A stretch of DNA of 61,559 nt, filler included, from Bipalium vagum (Eukaryota): assembly GCA_037834085.1 (NCBI GenBank). It is 3 parts of 3 records of this genome, joined end to end, with 100 filler letters (N's around TTAATTAATTAA, not from the genome) between each part and the next. Parts side by side here need not be neighbours in the genome. Positions count along the whole stretch, not along the records: positions 44,222 to 61,559 come from JBBMKC010070513.1; 2 more parts are not named here. One strand, written 5' to 3'. Positions 60,070-61,559 of this stretch are shown here, one piece after another (position 1 is the first letter of the stretch; the number at the start of each line of letters is the position of its first letter). The notes beneath the pieces are model-generated. The model was not told where the DNA came from and did not search any database. It saw only the letters and a list, made by a program, of their open reading frames with translations. Position numbers and translations under genes: made by a program.

Positions 60070-60600
60070 ATAGGTCGAATACAATAGTTTTTCCTATAAA
60101 ATTTTCTTAAAATGCCTTCAGCAGTTAGCATCAAACCAATTCTCCATGGAAAGGACAGTATTGTAGTTTACAGCTCTTTGGGAGTAAACGGCAGCATTCT
60201 TCTTTTATTCGATTTTCCAGTTTCATAATAATTTTCGGTGTTTTGTAATGGAAAACCCTTGCCTTCAGTTAACCCGAAAACCAATAATCAACTGGTTTCA
60301 GGTCTGGTAAACGAGAAGGTCAATTTGGGGCACATCCCCTGGATATGATCTTGTGCAGACCAAATGTTTCATTTAAAATTTTTTGGACATCATTGGCATA
60401 ATACTGGAATGCTCCATCCTGTATGAAGTACGTTGATTTCATTAATTTTCTTTTTATAAGTTCATGACGAACTACATTTTTCAACATGTCAAGGTAATTA
60501 TTCTTATTTATTGTTTCACGGAAGAAAAATGGTTCCATAAAGAATTTGGAATTAAATTCTATGCAGACACATATTTTTTCCTAATTGCAGTTCAAAGGAG
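60070..60600 (-). mobile_element. Decayed rosa/Visitor (DD41D-type) transposon
   Basis: EPFFF.ETINK..YLDML..FIQDGA...*PSRLPDLKPVDYWFSG*LK; 42 positions between the second and third D, counting one stop. Confidence 0.8.
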
Positions 60601-61390
60601 AACTTGAATCTGCATAATAACATTGAATGATGTCAATTTTCAAATCGAGATTCATACGCATATCTATCATATTTTAATAAATATATTATTTAAACAAAAT
60701 CCACTTTAATCGATTTAATATAAATTTTTAAAATTTAAATAAAATATAGTTTGCTAAAAAAATTGATAAACAAAAAAATTTTCCTTGGTTTTAGAACAAT
60801 CAATGAATAAAACATATTTATAAAAATATTTGAAAAAATTAAACAGAAAATCTGTCAACACTTTCCAAAATTCATAAAAACTTAAATAAATTTAAGACTC
60901 ATTTAATAAAACAAATTTCATTCATAGAATTTACTTTTACAAGTAGGAGAAAAAATTTACTTAATTATATCTTAAAGTTTCATTAAAACAATATTATTCT
61001 ACTTCCCTAAGAGTCCTAGATTCTAAGCAATTTGCAAAGTTTTGAAAAATATAAATTAATTCTCTCAAAAAGGCTCAGAAATGGCAATTTTTACTTAAAT
61101 ATTTTAGGCTAAATTCAACACGAGCTAAACAATTATTATTGATTATTAATAATTTGGGAAGTTGATTTTTAAGTTCACATTTAATAAAAATTTAAAAAAA
61201 TTTTTTGTTAGCAATATCTGAAATATTTCTACTTTTCTTTATTATAAAAAATACAAATGATAATAGTATTATTAATTATTTTTATTATATCGTTAAGCTG
61301 GTCACTGCAAACTCCTCGATCACGATGCCTGGCGGTTGCGGAAAGAGCTTAAATCTCTTATCGACCAATGTTATTGGTTATTTTTGTTAC

Positions 61391-61419
61391 CCATCCTTAT
61401 TTGTTAAGACAGAGTAATT
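61391..61419 (-). CDS. Probable 29-nt micro-exon of the 48329-59242 gene (NYSVLTNKDG)
   Basis: Acceptor ctatcttccag, donor GG|gtaaca. Its phase-2 end joins exon 59242 (GG+A = Gly, then YDTSR). Confidence 0.4.
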
Positions 61420-61495
61420 CTGGAAGATAGGTAGGCAATTAGGAACTTTCTTTATAATTTATTATCAGTAATAATAATACTTGTAATAGTAATAG

Positions 61496-61496
61496 C

Positions 61497-61559
<63 letters not shown>
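61496..61559. repeat. (AAT)n microsatellite running to the window end
   Basis: About 21 perfect AAT units, preceded by degenerate AGT/AAT triplets. Confidence 0.95.

Overview
This is eukaryotic, very AT-rich, intron-containing animal DNA, not a prokaryotic window. Several features suggest a triclad (planarian) flatworm-type genome: many 42-53 nt GT-AG introns, (AAT)n microsatellites and a dense load of Tc1/mariner fossils. That assignment is inference only. Two spliced genes could be reconstructed completely by hand: SLC35B1 (+, 7 exons, 28894-32088) and Rab2 (-, 5 exons, 37194-43383). Also present: an intronless CAMK-group (PSKH1-like) kinase lying tail-to-tail with the large last exon of a DEG/ENaC channel; an alpha-carbonic anhydrase whose C-terminal third (GSLTTPP/RP motifs) I could not find; one isolated cadherin-repeat exon; and an unannotated minus-strand gene (48329-61419) encoding a disordered, tyrosine-motif-rich, adaptor-like polypeptide, with an RFX/NF-Y-like motif cluster in one of its introns. 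The rest is mostly decayed transposons: a near full-length Mos1-like mariner, fragments of other mariner lineages, DD37E, maT/DD37D and rosa/DD41D elements, a Ty3/Gypsy pol remnant and an RLE-type non-LTR fragment. There are three assembly gaps, two carrying an artificial TTAATTAATTAA linker. No rRNA, tRNA or CRISPR array was seen. I cannot show a new system from sequence alone. The best leads are the tyrosine-motif gene with its internal promoter-like module, the truncated carbonic anhydrase, and a TALE-homeodomain site cluster.
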